A DNA stretch of 57,319 nucleotides from Girardia tigrina (Eukaryota). The notes under the pieces were generated by a model. It was not told the origin of the DNA. It searched no databases and saw only the letters and a program-made list of their open reading frames with translations. This document shows, piece after piece, positions 25,760 through 39,085 of this stretch. How positions within the stretch are numbered: position 1 is the stretch's first letter; every line of letters begins with the position of its first letter. The position numbers and the translations under genes are program-made. The stretch is taken from positions 15,749 through 73,067 of the forward strand of contig MQRK01179919.1 of the NCBI GenBank assembly GCA_001938485.1, in the 5' to 3' direction.

Positions 25760-28700
25760 GATTCAAGGTGGTTGTAACCATGGTAACGGTTACCGTATCC
25801 ATAGCAACCGTGACCCTTTCCTTAGCAACCGAAGAAAAAAGTGCTAATCGATAGTGCACATTGTGTCGCACATTTCTAATGTGCTAGCACAGTGCTTTTT
25901 AAGTTGCACATGTGCAAAAGTGCAAAAATCAATACATAAAATTTTTTAAAATTACTAGTGTTAAAAATCGATATCATATGTTTGATGCACATTTTGATTC
26001 TCTATCTGAATATACAATTAGAATTTTCATATACTGATTACTTTTCCCTATAATTAGCATAATGTGCAAATTTACACAAAATGGACATTGATTTTAGAGA
26101 CAGAAGGAAGCAGAATATCAAAAATGTGCTGATGCACTTGAATAGTAACACATATACGTACATTCAGATTCCACATCAACATTTTCAAAAAATGTTGATA
26201 AATCAATTTTTTAAAACATTTCTCAAATTTTCAAAAAAAGTGCTCAAAAATCTATTTTTTCGTATATATATCGTTATATATATATGTTATATCGTATATA
26301 TCTGAAACCCTTATGATATATGTATGTTATTTACCATCAAACAATACCTCATGAATCGCCTAATGTACCTCATCAACAATCACAAGTACCATGGTTACTG
26401 TAGAAATAATAATTTCGTTCTCCTGATTAAAATTGGAGTAAACGCGAAACTACTATTTCTAACAATAAAAAAAATTAAAAATTTTTTGGTCGAGTTAATA
26501 TGAAATTCAAAGCAGACTAAATCAACGAATAAATAGATTTAACTCAAATAACATATGGAACTTAAAGTATATTAGTAAGTAACACAGTTCTAATCAAGAA
26601 AATTTCAACAGTTATTGTTGATGGTAGATTATACGTATATAATCGTTCGGTCTTGGCTTGTTATTGGCAATAATTCTTCGGACGGATCTGCAATAGTCGG
26701 ACTAGATAGATTGTGAAATTAAATTTTGACCCGGATTTGTTGCGCACGATATTTCTCCAAGCTGATATTGTTGTGAAGGTATTTATTATTACGTATTTTG
26801 TGATCGTTAATTCAATTTTCATCGATTTTTTATCTTCAAATCCTGAATTCAATTTTGATGACATTTCCCGACCACAAATAACATAGTTGAAATAATATTT
26901 TAGTTTATGTTGCTCCCTCTCACTGAGGATCTATCATAAAGGTTATAAGACCAAAAACATGAATAAAAAAGACAAAAAATAAAAAAAAATGCGTTAAAGA
27001 AATCAGCTCCAGAAAAAAACATATGCCGTGACTCAAAAAAATATCAGTTGCACACAGACTAAAAAAAATCACCAAACATAATGAAAGATGTAATAAAGTA
27101 TTTACAATGAGAAAAATATAAAAAACAAATATACACAGTGTTATTGAGCTTTAACAGTTACCGTAACCAAGATACATAACCTTTTATATTACATGTAAAA
27201 ACGACATTTAGAGAACTCCTATTGTACTTAAGACATGCATCGACATTATGCATAACATCTACATAATCAGCTAATTACATGAGTCTAGGTATCAACCATC
27301 AAAAGTACCTTGGTTACCGTAACCATGATACATAACCTTTTAATATTATATATAAAAACAAATGAAAACACCTTAGAAACTATCACCCTTACCTTAAAAA
27401 CCATGAAAAACACCTTAAAAATCATCGAAAACATATAAAATCTACCAAAATTATACAAAAAAGTGCAAAAATCCATACTGCATATGTGCTGCCTAGGCTG
27501 CACTGTGCTAATCAATAATACACGTGTGCAGCCTGCCTAAGCTTAGTGCAAGTGTTCAAAATCAATAAGTTCACACTTGTATAAAGCGCAATATATTCAT
27601 GTTTTAATATAATATAATTTAAAGTGGAGCAGAATGCCCCTGTGGGGGAGAATGCTCATAGGGTATAGAGGGCAAAATTAGTAAGATTTCGAAAATCTGT
27701 CTGAAACCGAAAGGTAAATAGCCGGAATATGATCTTAGATTCTCGAAAAAACGCACACATATCGATTATTAAGATGTTGTGTTTTATAGTGTAAAGTGAG
27801 GGAGAACTCTCATAGGGTATAAAAGGCGAAACAAGTAAAACATCAAAAATCTGTCTGAACACATGGATAGTAACTTATATATGAATAGTCAGATTCAATG
27901 TCAACATTTTTGAAAAAATCGTTACGTAGTGCTTCATCGAATATATGCACATGTGTGCAAATATTATATTATAGATATATATTATATTATGATATTATAC
28001 TATGTTATCAACCAATATCGTATCAACCATTCAAAACATGGCCGTATCCAAGGTGATATCTTCATGCATCCATCATGTCAACGTATTGCATTCATCATAT
28101 CAATACACAGCTGAGCATGTAAAAAAATACAGAAAATGCTGAATAATATATAAAATACTCTAAGAACTACCTTATAAACTGTTGTACCTATCTACCAGAA
28201 ACAAGCTAACCGAACCGGAAATGTTAGGTGAACTTGTTTCGTTATCAATACAAAAATAAAAAAACCAATTTTTTATCGTGATGAAGGCTTTATTCTCAAC
28301 TATAACAGAAAGAAAAAAAAGATTGCTAAATGTTAGATCACAATTAACAGAAATTGGGTCTGATTGGAGATAACGATAGTTAATATACTTCACTAACAGT
28401 TTTGCAGGGTAAATCGTAAATTCGAATAAGATTCCTATGGGTCTTGTTTGTCTTGTTACAGGCATTGTTTTGGATTATGACTCGAACGCAACTGTAAAAC
28501 TTGGATTGATGGCTGGACGAAGAAAATTCCACGGAAAAATGTTTATTGTTAAGGTCTTTTAATTAATCAATTTTTTATTGATTTTTTAATATTCTTTTTT
28601 TATTCAATTTTAGTTTGCCGTTAAAAATTATTTTTATTTTTGTATCGTCTGGTTTTACATTAACCATTACCATCATATTATCAACTATCCAATCAAATTT

Positions 28701-29160
28701 ACCATATGAAACATCAAAAATACCTCAAAAACCATCAAAATCACCATATCAACTATCAAATATACCTCATCAACCATACCATCAACCATCAAATTTATCT
28801 CAACAAACATCAAAATTGACATATCAACCATCAAAATACATTAACAACCATATCATCAACCATCAAAATCACCTCGTGAACAGCCATTTGTATTTAAAAA
28901 CCTTCAAATCTACCTTAACAGCAATAAAAAGTGACCCTAATTGTATCAACCATTATCTTATCAACCTTTCAAAAAGTGAACATTTTAATATACATGTGTT
29001 AGATATATGTATATTATATGTAACATATATTATATTATTGTTATATTATATATAATAACTATGTCTATCATCAACTATTTACTGAAGAATCATCACAATA
29101 TCAACCATTAATATTAGTATAATATTGTTATATAAATACATATATACATATAGTACATTA
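25760..29160. mobile_element. Unclassified repeat-rich insertion inside hAT-2
   Basis: Recurrent TTACCGTAACCATGATACATAACC (27158, 27314, related copy at 25790), a ~65-bp direct repeat (27645 and 27800), GTGCA-rich blocks and an ACCATCAA-rich tract (28660-28960). No diagnostic protein motif. Confidence 0.45.
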
Positions 29161-29639
29161 TATACATATGCGAGTTTTAAATATGCAGTCTACGACAACA
29201 CGATTTTACTTAAATTATGATGAACACGCGATATTACTGGCGGCAACGATAAATTTCAAAAACTATTCTTGCGACATCGGATCGAACGCGAAAGTCTGCA
29301 CGTTTTACCAAATTATCGAGTTCGATCTAACGCATTGCTATTCGACTCGCGGTAGTTTGATCAACGACCGTTTCGACTCGGTCTTCATCGTACGTGGGGT
29401 AGATTTCGACCCATTTCCCGCTTTAATAGCACCATCTAAGCTCGGTAAATTAATTTCTGCCATGTTCGTTCTGTTCTCTCCATCTCGCCAGGAAAAGCAC
29501 CGCGGTTTCAGGTGCACGTCCAATCACCGGCCCCAACCACTAGCTCGTCGCGTCATAGACATCATCTTCATTCAGCACTAGCAGTTATATCCAAGAATTA
29601 AACCTCTTCACAAAATGGAAAACGTTTGCAAATATTTCA

Positions 29640-29890
29640 CCGAACCAGTGTACTCTAGGGGAAGCGCTGAGATATATTTCTAAAAATTGATTGCAGAACG
29701 TATTTCTGAACTTAGCTACAGCGTTGCGATATTATTAACGATTCCGGTTAGCGTTGCGTCTGCTAAACACTCCTTCATAAAATTAAAACCAATAAAAACT
29801 TATTTACGCTCAACGATAGCAACATCGTTAGATCATAACAAACTTATTGACAGTTTTGCAAGTTTAGAGGCCAAAAGAATCCCTCTATAA
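29640..29890 (+). pseudogene. hAT C-terminal dimerisation domain (3' part of hAT-2)
   Basis: ILLTIPVSVASAKHSFIKLKPIKTYLRST..LIDSFASLEAKR. Confidence 0.92.
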
Positions 29891-30170
29891 CGTCCATTCT
29901 ACTGTTCAGAGTGAGCGAAAAATGTAGCCTTTTCATGTTTAAAACAATTGGACTAATATCGTATACTTTTTTTCAGGTTCCAAATAACACAAATTTTACG
30001 TCACGTTCACCGCCCAGGGACAATGAACAGGAAACATTTTGTTGCTCACGCTGTATTTATTATTTTATATTTGTCACGTCTCTGACGTCAGTTAAGTGTG
30101 TTAATTTATCATTGATTTGATTTTTAGGTACAATGCTTAAAATTTATTAATAAATAAAATATATTAATTA

Positions 30171-30644
30171 TGTCGTGCTCCCCTTCAAACAACATTAATG
30201 ATGACTCTGAGCCCCCATCCGTTTTCCATTAGAGTTCAACGGCAATTCTGCCAAACTAAACTAATTACATCTCAATGGGGAGCAGATGCGCCTCCTTTGT
30301 TTACATTAACAAGTTGTGTAAACATCAGAGCGCATTCGGGTTCTTAACCAGTAACGAGGATGTTCTGACTGGTGGCTGAGCTTCTATAGGGGATGATGAT
30401 AACATTGACGACTCAATTTCATAAGTCCGATTCTATTACTTTACGCCTGACAAGGATACCTTCGAGAAACAAGTGACGGTCAGCCCGCGTGCCCCTGTGC
30501 ATTTTATGGTCTGCTGCACCGTCTCTCTAAGCCCTCCGTCCAGGTAAAACTCAACTCATAATTATGCGATATTTATAATTAAATATATTCATTTTAATAC
30601 TAATAGACTATTTATTTTTGATTATTCTTGTCTCTCTCGTAACA
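30171..30644. mobile_element. Solo LTR (474 bp) with 5-bp TSD
   Basis: TGTCGTG...CGTAACA termini flanked on both sides by AATTA. Confidence 0.75.
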
Positions 30645-32725
30645 AATTAATCTTAAGTCTACTCATGTATGCTACGTTAATCACTCTATGAATTATCAAT
30701 TCATTCGCTCGTCTAAATCATTAATTAATGTAATTCTAAATGTCGGTTATTTTACCAGGTTCATAAATTATGCTTTTGAATTAGATAGACGGAGAGAACC
30801 CCGATAAGATAAACGTCAGCCTGTCCGCGAGCCCCTTGCATACTGTGGGCAGCCGACGTCATCCCCAAAGGGTCCCTCGCTCTTCTTCTTTATTATTCAA
30901 ATGTTCAGAAATAACATCTATTATATATTTTTTTTGTTTTATCTCACAGAATTATTTATATTTATTTGCTTGATTATGCTACTTTATTTTTCTTGATTCT
31001 TCTTTACATTAGAACAGTCTGATTATCAATTGTAAAATTATTCAAATCTCTCAAATGTAATTCGATTTTGCGTTAATTTGATTTCACTTTAGTTTGTCGG
31101 AAAATTTTTTTTTTAATTATGCTTTCATCTTTTTCTACAGACACTTAATGTTTGCCTCCAGAGAACCATATCAAAGAAAGACATTTTAAAAATTGCGTAA
31201 AACGTAGGATCACAGGATATTTAATTCGAAACATTTTCAGGTTATTAGTAAGATCAGATGAAAAGTATTTGTACTAACGTTGTTAGAAATTACTGAAGCG
31301 AAATCATTTAAAGCTAGAATGAAAGTGTTAACAGAGAAATTAGTAGAAACTTAAAACTTATTAAAGATGAATTTATTCAAGATTCTCGTTACGTTAGCTA
31401 AGCTACTAAACAAGAGAAGAAACGAAGGGTTCGTTTTGAATCCAATCTATTCATCTTTCAGTGGTTTAATTATTCCATACTGGTTACTTTATCAATCGTT
31501 TGTTGTCTTTCATATACCGTTTATATAACATAATTAAATAATTAAATAAAAAATTAAGTTCTAACTAATAAGTAATTACGATAATTCAAAATTGTCAATC
31601 AAATAAAATAGTTCCTTTAAAAATAATAATTGTATAATAATTGATTAAAATAGTTCCTCATTAATTGAAACAGTTTTTTAACCACTAAAATTAATAACCA
31701 AACAAAACAATTCATATTTATACATCCAAAAGTAAAGTAACCTTTAACCATTATTGAGAAAGAGTAATACTAAATTAACTAATGTTAAATTCTAATAAAA
31801 AATAAAAAAATATTAAATCAGGACGGGGCAAGTATGAAAGGCATAGATTATACAAAATATATACAATGCTACGTTCCCGCTTGTGCCGTTCAGCGGTGCC
31901 GAAATTCAAACTCCATCACTTCCACTACCGATAAGATGTCGTCGCTTTCATGCCGTTCACTCCCTCGTTTCCCCATCAACGGCTCTAATAAACCAGGCAA
32001 AATCAAAATCCAACTAGACTTCCCCCTGAAAGATTGGATATAATAGTCGTCGATGTCTTTCGTACGGATATTGAGATTAAAATTTAAAGAATCAATAAAT
32101 GAAGAAGTGAAAATGATATTGTAAATACTTTTATTGAAACGAATCAAATATGTTGGACCACAGACAATTAATAGATTAGTAAAATAACAAAATTTGGCAA
32201 AACTCTCGGACCGAACTCCGTAATCGAACGTATCAAAACGATCAAGAAGTACCAAACGATAATGAACAATTTTATATTGGATAAGGTAAAAGAATTCAGA
32301 GTAGAATAACAAATAACCAGTTATTAATACATAACAAAACAATAAAAATAAAATAAATAAATAAAAAAATTATAAATAAAATAGTTAGAATAGAAGAATT
32401 GAATTAAACAAAATGAATTTACACACATAAAAATAATAATTTATTGTACACCCCTCGGAGTTTTATCGTTGCAACCGTCAAGCAGTTATAAAATAAAACA
32501 ATTTAAAATAATTTGGATTTTCGAATTGAATAATAAGCTTCAGTAATATGCGCGAATAAGGTAAGTTTAAAAATATACGTGTAAGTTAGAAGTAAGTTAC
32601 TCGAAAATTAGTGAAATTTAAAATGGTGCTGTCAAAATGGTGCGAACCGGTTCGGGTATTTATAGCCTCCGGATGCGTGTTTACCCACAAGTAAACAATT
32701 AGACCATTGTGGTATGGCATCCTTC

Positions 32726-33518
32726 TGTTAGGGTTCTGAAAAAATACATGTGAACACTTTTGAAAAAATTTTATATAGGAAATTTTTAAATAATTCCTTT
32801 AGTAAAATTAGTAATTTCAAATAAAATAATATTTAGTCTAACAAAACTTGGAATTAAAATTATAAATATTTGTTTTACTTCATCAAAAATTATAAATATT
32901 TTACTCTTTGTTTTATNNNNNNNNNNNNNNNNNNNNNNNNNNNNNNNNNNNNNNNNNNNNNNNNNNNNNNNNNNNNNNNNNNNNNNNNNNNNTATTTGCA
33001 AGAAATTTTAACTGAAGAGAATTGTTCGTAAGTAGAGTTATTATTAATATTTACTTTACACTTTTCAAACTTGAACAAAACTTGTAGTATCCTCTATTGG
33101 AGAACAAGGTTTATAGAAGAGTTCTAAGTTTAAATCAAAGCATCGTTCGTTTTTGGGAGATTCACAGTTTTTACTGTAATCTGTTAACTCGCACGAAATA
33201 TTGATTGTATTTGTATTCTGTCATCAAAGAATTAAATTATTATTATTATTATTTGTGACTTGTTGATATTTGTTATTTGAAATAAAGTTTGATAAAAGAA
33301 TTTGTGTTCATTATTCATATATTTATGTTGGAAGACCTTTCTGAATAGTTGGAGTCAGATATAAAGATAAAAGATTATTGATTGAGAATTATTGATTAAA
33401 GATTATTGAGTAAAGAATAAAGAAAAGAGATTTACGATTAAAGATAGAGATTTAAGATTTGTGTTTTAAAAGTGAATAATTGAATTAAAGATAATTTTAA
33501 TAATTTAAAAACCCAACA
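32726..33518. mobile_element. Solo LTR (~790 bp) with 4-bp TSD, copy 1
   Basis: TGTTAGGGTT...AACCCAACA termini, TSD CTTC/CTTC, and an inverted homolog at 49138-49883. Confidence 0.9.
32917..32992. other. Assembly gap
   Basis: Run of N. Confidence 1.
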
Positions 33519-36184
33519 CTTCGTATAGTCTCGTAATGAGACAGAACAACGACCGAAAACCGGATGCGTGAGATTTGCCAAGTTTATTCTATGAAGACCG
33601 CCGAATCATCCCTGATGTCCATGCCGGATGCTCGTGAACGGTCGTTTGTTTACGCGACATCGCTTACCGCGTTCAAATGGAATTTAAAATTATCAAAGTA
33701 CTTTTTAATTAAGTTAATTAAAATCGTTAATTTTTTATTTTATTTTCGGAAGTTTCAAAGGGTCCCGGGAGGATGCAAGCGATTTTTGGACGGGTTCAGG
33801 GAAGCCCCTCGTATATTCGCTACCCCAAAATGCTCGGGACCAATTTAATACTAATTGGGATAATCGAGCTAGACTATCCCCACAATCTTCCTCAATGGTC
33901 TCGGGCGTACTGGGTGTAGGTTGCGAAGGGGTTTTCTTTCGAGATCCGTTCAGTTATTCAAATATCTCAGTCGTAACAATTATAATAAAAAATATAAAAA
34001 TAAATTATAAACATAATAATAATAAAAAATAATAAAAAAAATTAATATTAAAATAAAAAGAAAATTAAAATTACAGCTTAAAATTAGGTCTGTCAACACT
34101 CAGGATTCATTAATAATTCAATTGGTGTGTATGTAAATTGTAATTATATTTCTCAATAATTATAAATATAACGTGCTATAGTGTAAGCCTACTTGCGATA
34201 TTTCAGTCTGACAGTCTGCGTTTTGAAAATGTACCCGCTTTAAAGCCGAAAGTTAATAGACCGTCAGTGGTAGATTCAGGAAAAGCTGATGGGGATGGGT
34301 GGAAAGGGATGTTGGTTCAAAAATTTGGTTGAAGCAAAAAAGATCAGAGGCGGGTTGATGAGCGGGATCGGGGGTCACTGGGGGTGAGATGCGTCAATTA
34401 TCCCACTTCATCAGGATCCTGGGACCGCCCATTTTTTCTTGCCTAGAGCTGGCCCTGTTTTTAAAAATAAATAACATTTAATTTTACGAATTATTTTGGA
34501 TAGTTCTTATTGTATTTTCGTGTTCTAGTAAATTAATTGGGTTCTTTGAACAAATTATGTTCGAAATTTAAATGATTATTATTATATCGTTGTTATTTTT
34601 ATTTATTTTCAAAGTCGAATCATCTGCCTGTATAATGAAAGTCAAATCCAAGTCAATGCAAATAATTATTGAATTACAATCTCTGAAATTATTTGCTGAT
34701 TGCTTGAATTTGTATATATAAATATGTGTAAAAATAAATAATTAATATTGTTAGGGATTTTTTGTCACTTAAATTTTTGAATAAGTAATTTGTAATATCA
34801 TATTATAATTAAATTAGTTCAAATAATTTATTTATATAAATTTTTAAAAAAATAACTATTTCGGATTATCAAAAATTGTAATTAAATTTTTAATTTATTG
34901 AACAAGACCTTTTTAAAAATGAATAGTTTAGAGTAAAAAATTGTAAATAAAATTAAGTTGTAAAATAAAAATCATAATATTTTATTACAATTAAAATTGT
35001 ATTAAATATGTATTGTATTAAATTATAATTATTAAAAAATAATTATAATTGAATATTTTAAACAATTAACAAAGAATAAAAAATATTTAGGAATTTAATT
35101 TTACCAGAAGACATTAACATTCAAATATTTTAAAGATCTAAAATTATATTTAAGTTAAATGGTTTTTAAATAAATAATATTGAAATAACAACATCAAAAT
35201 AATTTTAAATTGATAGAAATCGTTGTAATTTAACTAAAATACGTTTTAAAAATGATATAAAATAAAACAGTAAATTATGTAGATTTTATAAGATATTTTA
35301 AAAAATAAAATATTAATGTATAAATTAACGAAATCAAAAAATAGTTAATTAAATTTTTAAAATAATGTTTTAATAAATAACTTATCAGTATTTATAATGC
35401 AGTATTTTTTATGTATAATGGTTCCGGTCAAAAGAAAACTAAAGAAAAGTTCCACAAGAAAAATTGTTTGAATAATTGTTATTGTGATAGAAATAAAATT
35501 TTGTGTTAATGAATTCTAATCTTGATCAAGAACCCAGCAAATATAAAATAATTACATTAAACATTCAAAATATTTATTTGAATTAAGTTCATTTGATGTG
35601 AACTATTTGAAATTTATCGAGTAATTTTGACTCGATACAGTCAGTATGTATCGGTGTAGGAGCGGAAAATTTAATGTTTGACCAAACACTTTGCCAGTTT
35701 AGGAAAGATTATGTAAATAAATTAAGTTAAATAAATAATAAGTTTAAGTAGATTAAACAATTAAATAAATTTTTGAAAACCATAATTTTAAAATATGGTA
35801 AATCCTTTTTTTATTGTTGAAATGTTAGCGGTTGGTAAAATAGTTTGAATTCAGTGATTAAAAATCGCCAAAAATATTGTATCGATTGCGTATAATCACG
35901 TAATTTCTTTGTGTTTGAAATTGAGGTTTTTTATAATGAACGTCACTTATGTTTGCATGAATGTGATTGGTATGTGTGAATGTAAAATATCTCATATGAT
36001 AAGATAATTGTGTGAATGTATGCATTCAATATATAATATGCAATAATATATAATATGCATATAACATATAGTATGCAATATGCATATGTGTTTAATTTTG
36101 ATTGGTTGTGTATGTATGCATGTGTTTTGTAAAAATGTTACAAAAAAATCAGGATTGTGAAATTTGTGATAATAATAAAGTTTT

Positions 36185-36800
36185 TAGAGTCCATAAAAAA
36201 CATTTATCATTTTTATTTTGAATATTTCTTGATTTTTTCATTTTTTTCAAGAATATCCATGTATATATTCCTTCTAATATATTTTTAAATGGTAGAATAA
36301 TTAAATCAATAAGATCTTTTTTACAGTTAAGGAAGATTCTTCTCCATTAAGTTCAGTAATTTGATTTTCTATTTCAAGAGGAACGTGATTAATAAATTTA
36401 TCAATATCTTTTTTAGATTTATTATATATTGAAAGGAATTTAATCTCAGATATTTCATTGTTTGTTTGTTTGTTTTCAAATTCTATTTCACAAGAAATTT
36501 TAAATTTATATGGCATTCGAATATTATTCATTTTAGATATTAAATCTTTTATATCTTCAGAATAAATAGATGTAATATTACAATTAATAAAATTAGTTGA
36601 AAAATAATTTATAGCTTCTGATTTAATATGATTTATTATTTTTTCTCTATTTTCATCATTGATTTTAATTATTTCAATTTCATTTAAATTAATAATCTCA
36701 CTATTGAATTTCTTCAAATGTAATTTGCTTTTATTATGAGAAATTAAAGCAGATTTATTTTTGAAATATTACATCTGTCTCGAAAAAATCAGTTACATTT
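36185..36800 (-). pseudogene. Polinton/Maverick (adintovirus-like) PolB-associated N-terminal remnant
   Basis: C2H2-like SHNKSKLH, then YKFKISCEIEF..EIENQITELNGEESSLTVKKI..NIQNKNDKCFLWTL. This matches the 'xxGSGWxxxxI...INIQNxDxKCFxWS' region of Polinton-like PolB ORFs. Confidence 0.75.
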
Positions 36801-37166
36801 TCCATATTATTTATTTTTAAATCATCTAATTTTATATTTTCTTTCCCTTCATCTCAATATTCTTTTCTTATCTTTTCTTTCTTTTTTTATTCTTTACTTT
36901 ATTTAATCTTTTTTTTCTCTATTTTTTAAGATTTCATTTCTTTTATATAATTGAAAGTATTTATGGTGTGGAAGTTGAGTAATCCTTCTTCTCCAAAATC
37001 ACTGAAAAGAGAATCAAGCAAAAAAATTTCTTCCATTTTTTATTAAAAATATTTTAATAAAATTTGAAAAATCGGATACCAAAAAGCCATACAGAAGTAT
37101 GGCTGTTTATTTTATATTTGTTTAAGAATAAAAAATTTATTTGATGATATAATTAAAGAAATAAAA

Positions 37167-37412
37167 TTAATTAATTGTATTTTCACTTTCATCACTAAGA
37201 TTATTGATACTATCACTTTCAGTATTTTTATTAGTTTCATTACTATTTGAAGTATTTGTATCTGTATTATAATCCGAATCAGAATACGATATATTTTCAT
37301 CTATCATTGAAATTATTTTATATTTTTTAGTATTTAAATATCTTTCCTGATTTTTCATTAATCCAGTAAAATTACACATCTGACAAATAAATTTTTCCTT
37401 ATTTTCATTCAT
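37167..37412 (-). pseudogene. Small C2H2-like ORF of the Polinton-like remnant
   Basis: FICQMCNF..ERYLNTKKY is a degenerate CxxC..HLxTKKH finger; same strand as neighbouring relics. Confidence 0.5.
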
Positions 37413-37651
37413 TTTTAAAATAAAAATTTTTATTGTTAAAATATTGTTAAAATTAATTATTATATTGTAAATTTGTTAATAAAATATATTGTAAAATATT
37501 AAACATTAATTTTGTTCTTTAAAAGCTATATAGTAATTAAATGTTGTTCTTATTGTACGTTTCTTCATAAAAAATCAAAATCTTCTATTGTATGATTTAT
37601 ATGTTTATTAATAATATTTCTAATTGTATCATGTATTTATTTTTTATATTC

Positions 37652-38279
37652 TTACAATTTTTCTAATAACGTTTTTAACGATTCTAAATTTTCAGATGTA
37701 ATAAAATTTTTTATATTTTCGTTTCTCTTATCACTATCACTGAATTTGCTTATATTTATTTTACATTTCTCCAAATTTTTTTTACTCATTGGAAGTTCTT
37801 CTGTTGAAATAAAAGTATCTGATAAAGCTTTTTTATGAAATAAGAATAATTCATTTTTTTCTAAAATCTTTAAATAATCTTTATATTTTTTTACTTTATT
37901 ATTTGTTATTATATTTAATCCATTATTTGTAACATTAGTAAAAACACATAATCCAGCCAATCCAGCAGTTAGTGGTACTGTTAATCTTCAAAAAGATGCA
38001 ACAACATTCACTCCTACAGATCCTTCCAAAGTAAAAAATCCATTTATATATTTAATACCTAAACCAATCCTTTTCCACCTCACTAAGTTTTTTTGTAATG
38101 CTTAATATGCTCAGTTAAATATTCTAAATCTTTTTTAAAGTACTGTACATGTAAACTTTTCAATTCATTTTTGTAATTTTCAGGTGTTTTTACTGTTCTC
38201 GACTTTGTACTATATTTCTTATATATTCTTCCAAATCCAAATCAGGATAGATATTATCCGTTTTTATTTCTTCAGTCAT
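37652..38279 (-). pseudogene. Polinton/adintovirus-like membrane protein remnant
   Basis: MTEEIKTDNIYPDL..hydrophobic VGVNVVAS..TVPLTAGLAGLCVF..KVKKYKDYL..KKALSDTFISTEE resembles the Polinton-associated ORF with a KALxDxxISxEE motif. Frameshifted. Confidence 0.6.
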
Positions 38280-38371
38280 TTTTTAACTTTTTAATTTTTT
38301 ATTTCAAAAGTATTTATAGAAGATTTCCATTTAAAAAGAAAATAATTATAGAATATAAATCTACAAAAATA

Positions 38372-38378
<7 letters not shown>

Positions 38379-38402
<24 letters not shown>
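38379..38402. repeat. (TA)n microsatellite
   Basis: About 12 TA units. Confidence 0.9.
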
Positions 38403-38403
<1 letters not shown>

Positions 38404-38816
38404 TACTGATAATTATAATTTCCAAAAAAAGTGAAGATTTCGTAAATGAAATTGTAGTGACCACAATTTATTAATTTAACTATTAATTTAATTTTATCAA
38501 AACTAACAAAAAAATGTGCAAAAAAATACGAAATTTAATTTTAAAAAATGGAGTGAATCGACAACATTAGAACGTAAAAAAATGTCGGAAATTAATTTAA
38601 AAAAAGAATTAACTAAATTAATTTTGTTTTAACCATGTAAATAAATCTTATTACCGGTGGATTATTCGAATCTTTTTAATGGCAATAAACATTTTCAATA
38701 TTTTTCGATTATTTTCTTTTTATCTCATTCTGGCATTTTCTACTTGAAGTTTTTTTTTACCACAACCTCTGTTTACATCTACCTATATCTGTCTCTTTCT
38801 TTCATATATCTCCAAA

Positions 38817-39085
38817 ATGCATATTAGCTCATTAGAGGATTTATGCGTCAAAAACTGTTTCGATTTTCTCACAAAGCTGTTCGACAACTCACCGGACCTC
38901 AAATCGCATCGACATCATTCCGGAACTGTCGGGCAAGATGGCGGCCCCAACTATATCCCAACGCCATCCGAAACCGGTATGCTATTATTTTTTTCAGCAG
39001 TTTCTCTCGATCCAATTCCCAGGATCGATTTACGACGATCGGGCCAGCCCAGGTCTCACGTAGACGATGTGGCGCCCACTTTACA
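38817..39085 (+). pseudogene. Unidentified GC-rich gene fragment with a candidate 21/24-nt intron
   Basis: GC-rich coding-like block inside very AT-rich DNA, interrupted by GTATGCTATTATTTTTTTCAG (38977-38997). Confidence 0.4.

Larger units (their letters stand above)
31800..33978 (-). mobile_element. LTR-like element with TATA box and exon-like blocks, interrupted by a solo LTR
   Basis: The minus strand begins TGTTACGAC at 33978 and has CCGGAGGCTATAAATA near 32660, a context similar to 18480. The left boundary is not defined. Confidence 0.45.
23312..34457 (+). mobile_element. hAT element (hAT-2) with both TIRs, expanded by nested insertions
   Basis: Left end CAGGGCCGGCCTTAG; right end reverse complement CAGGGCCAGCTCTAG; 8-bp flanks TTTTTAAC / TTTTTAAA (7/8 match). 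Transposase pieces inside are in the correct order. Confidence 0.75.

Noticed and set aside
28200-28560. Ulp1-like protease remnant (DSYGSCLSCY)
   Set aside because: The His/Asp motifs are not recognisable and the similarity is too weak.
28615-29055. 146-aa ORF
   Set aside because: Produced by an ACCATCAA-rich low-complexity tract that lacks stops; no domain.
34395-34420. Second hammerhead (CTGATGA on the minus strand)
   Set aside because: No closing stem II or GAAA box follows.
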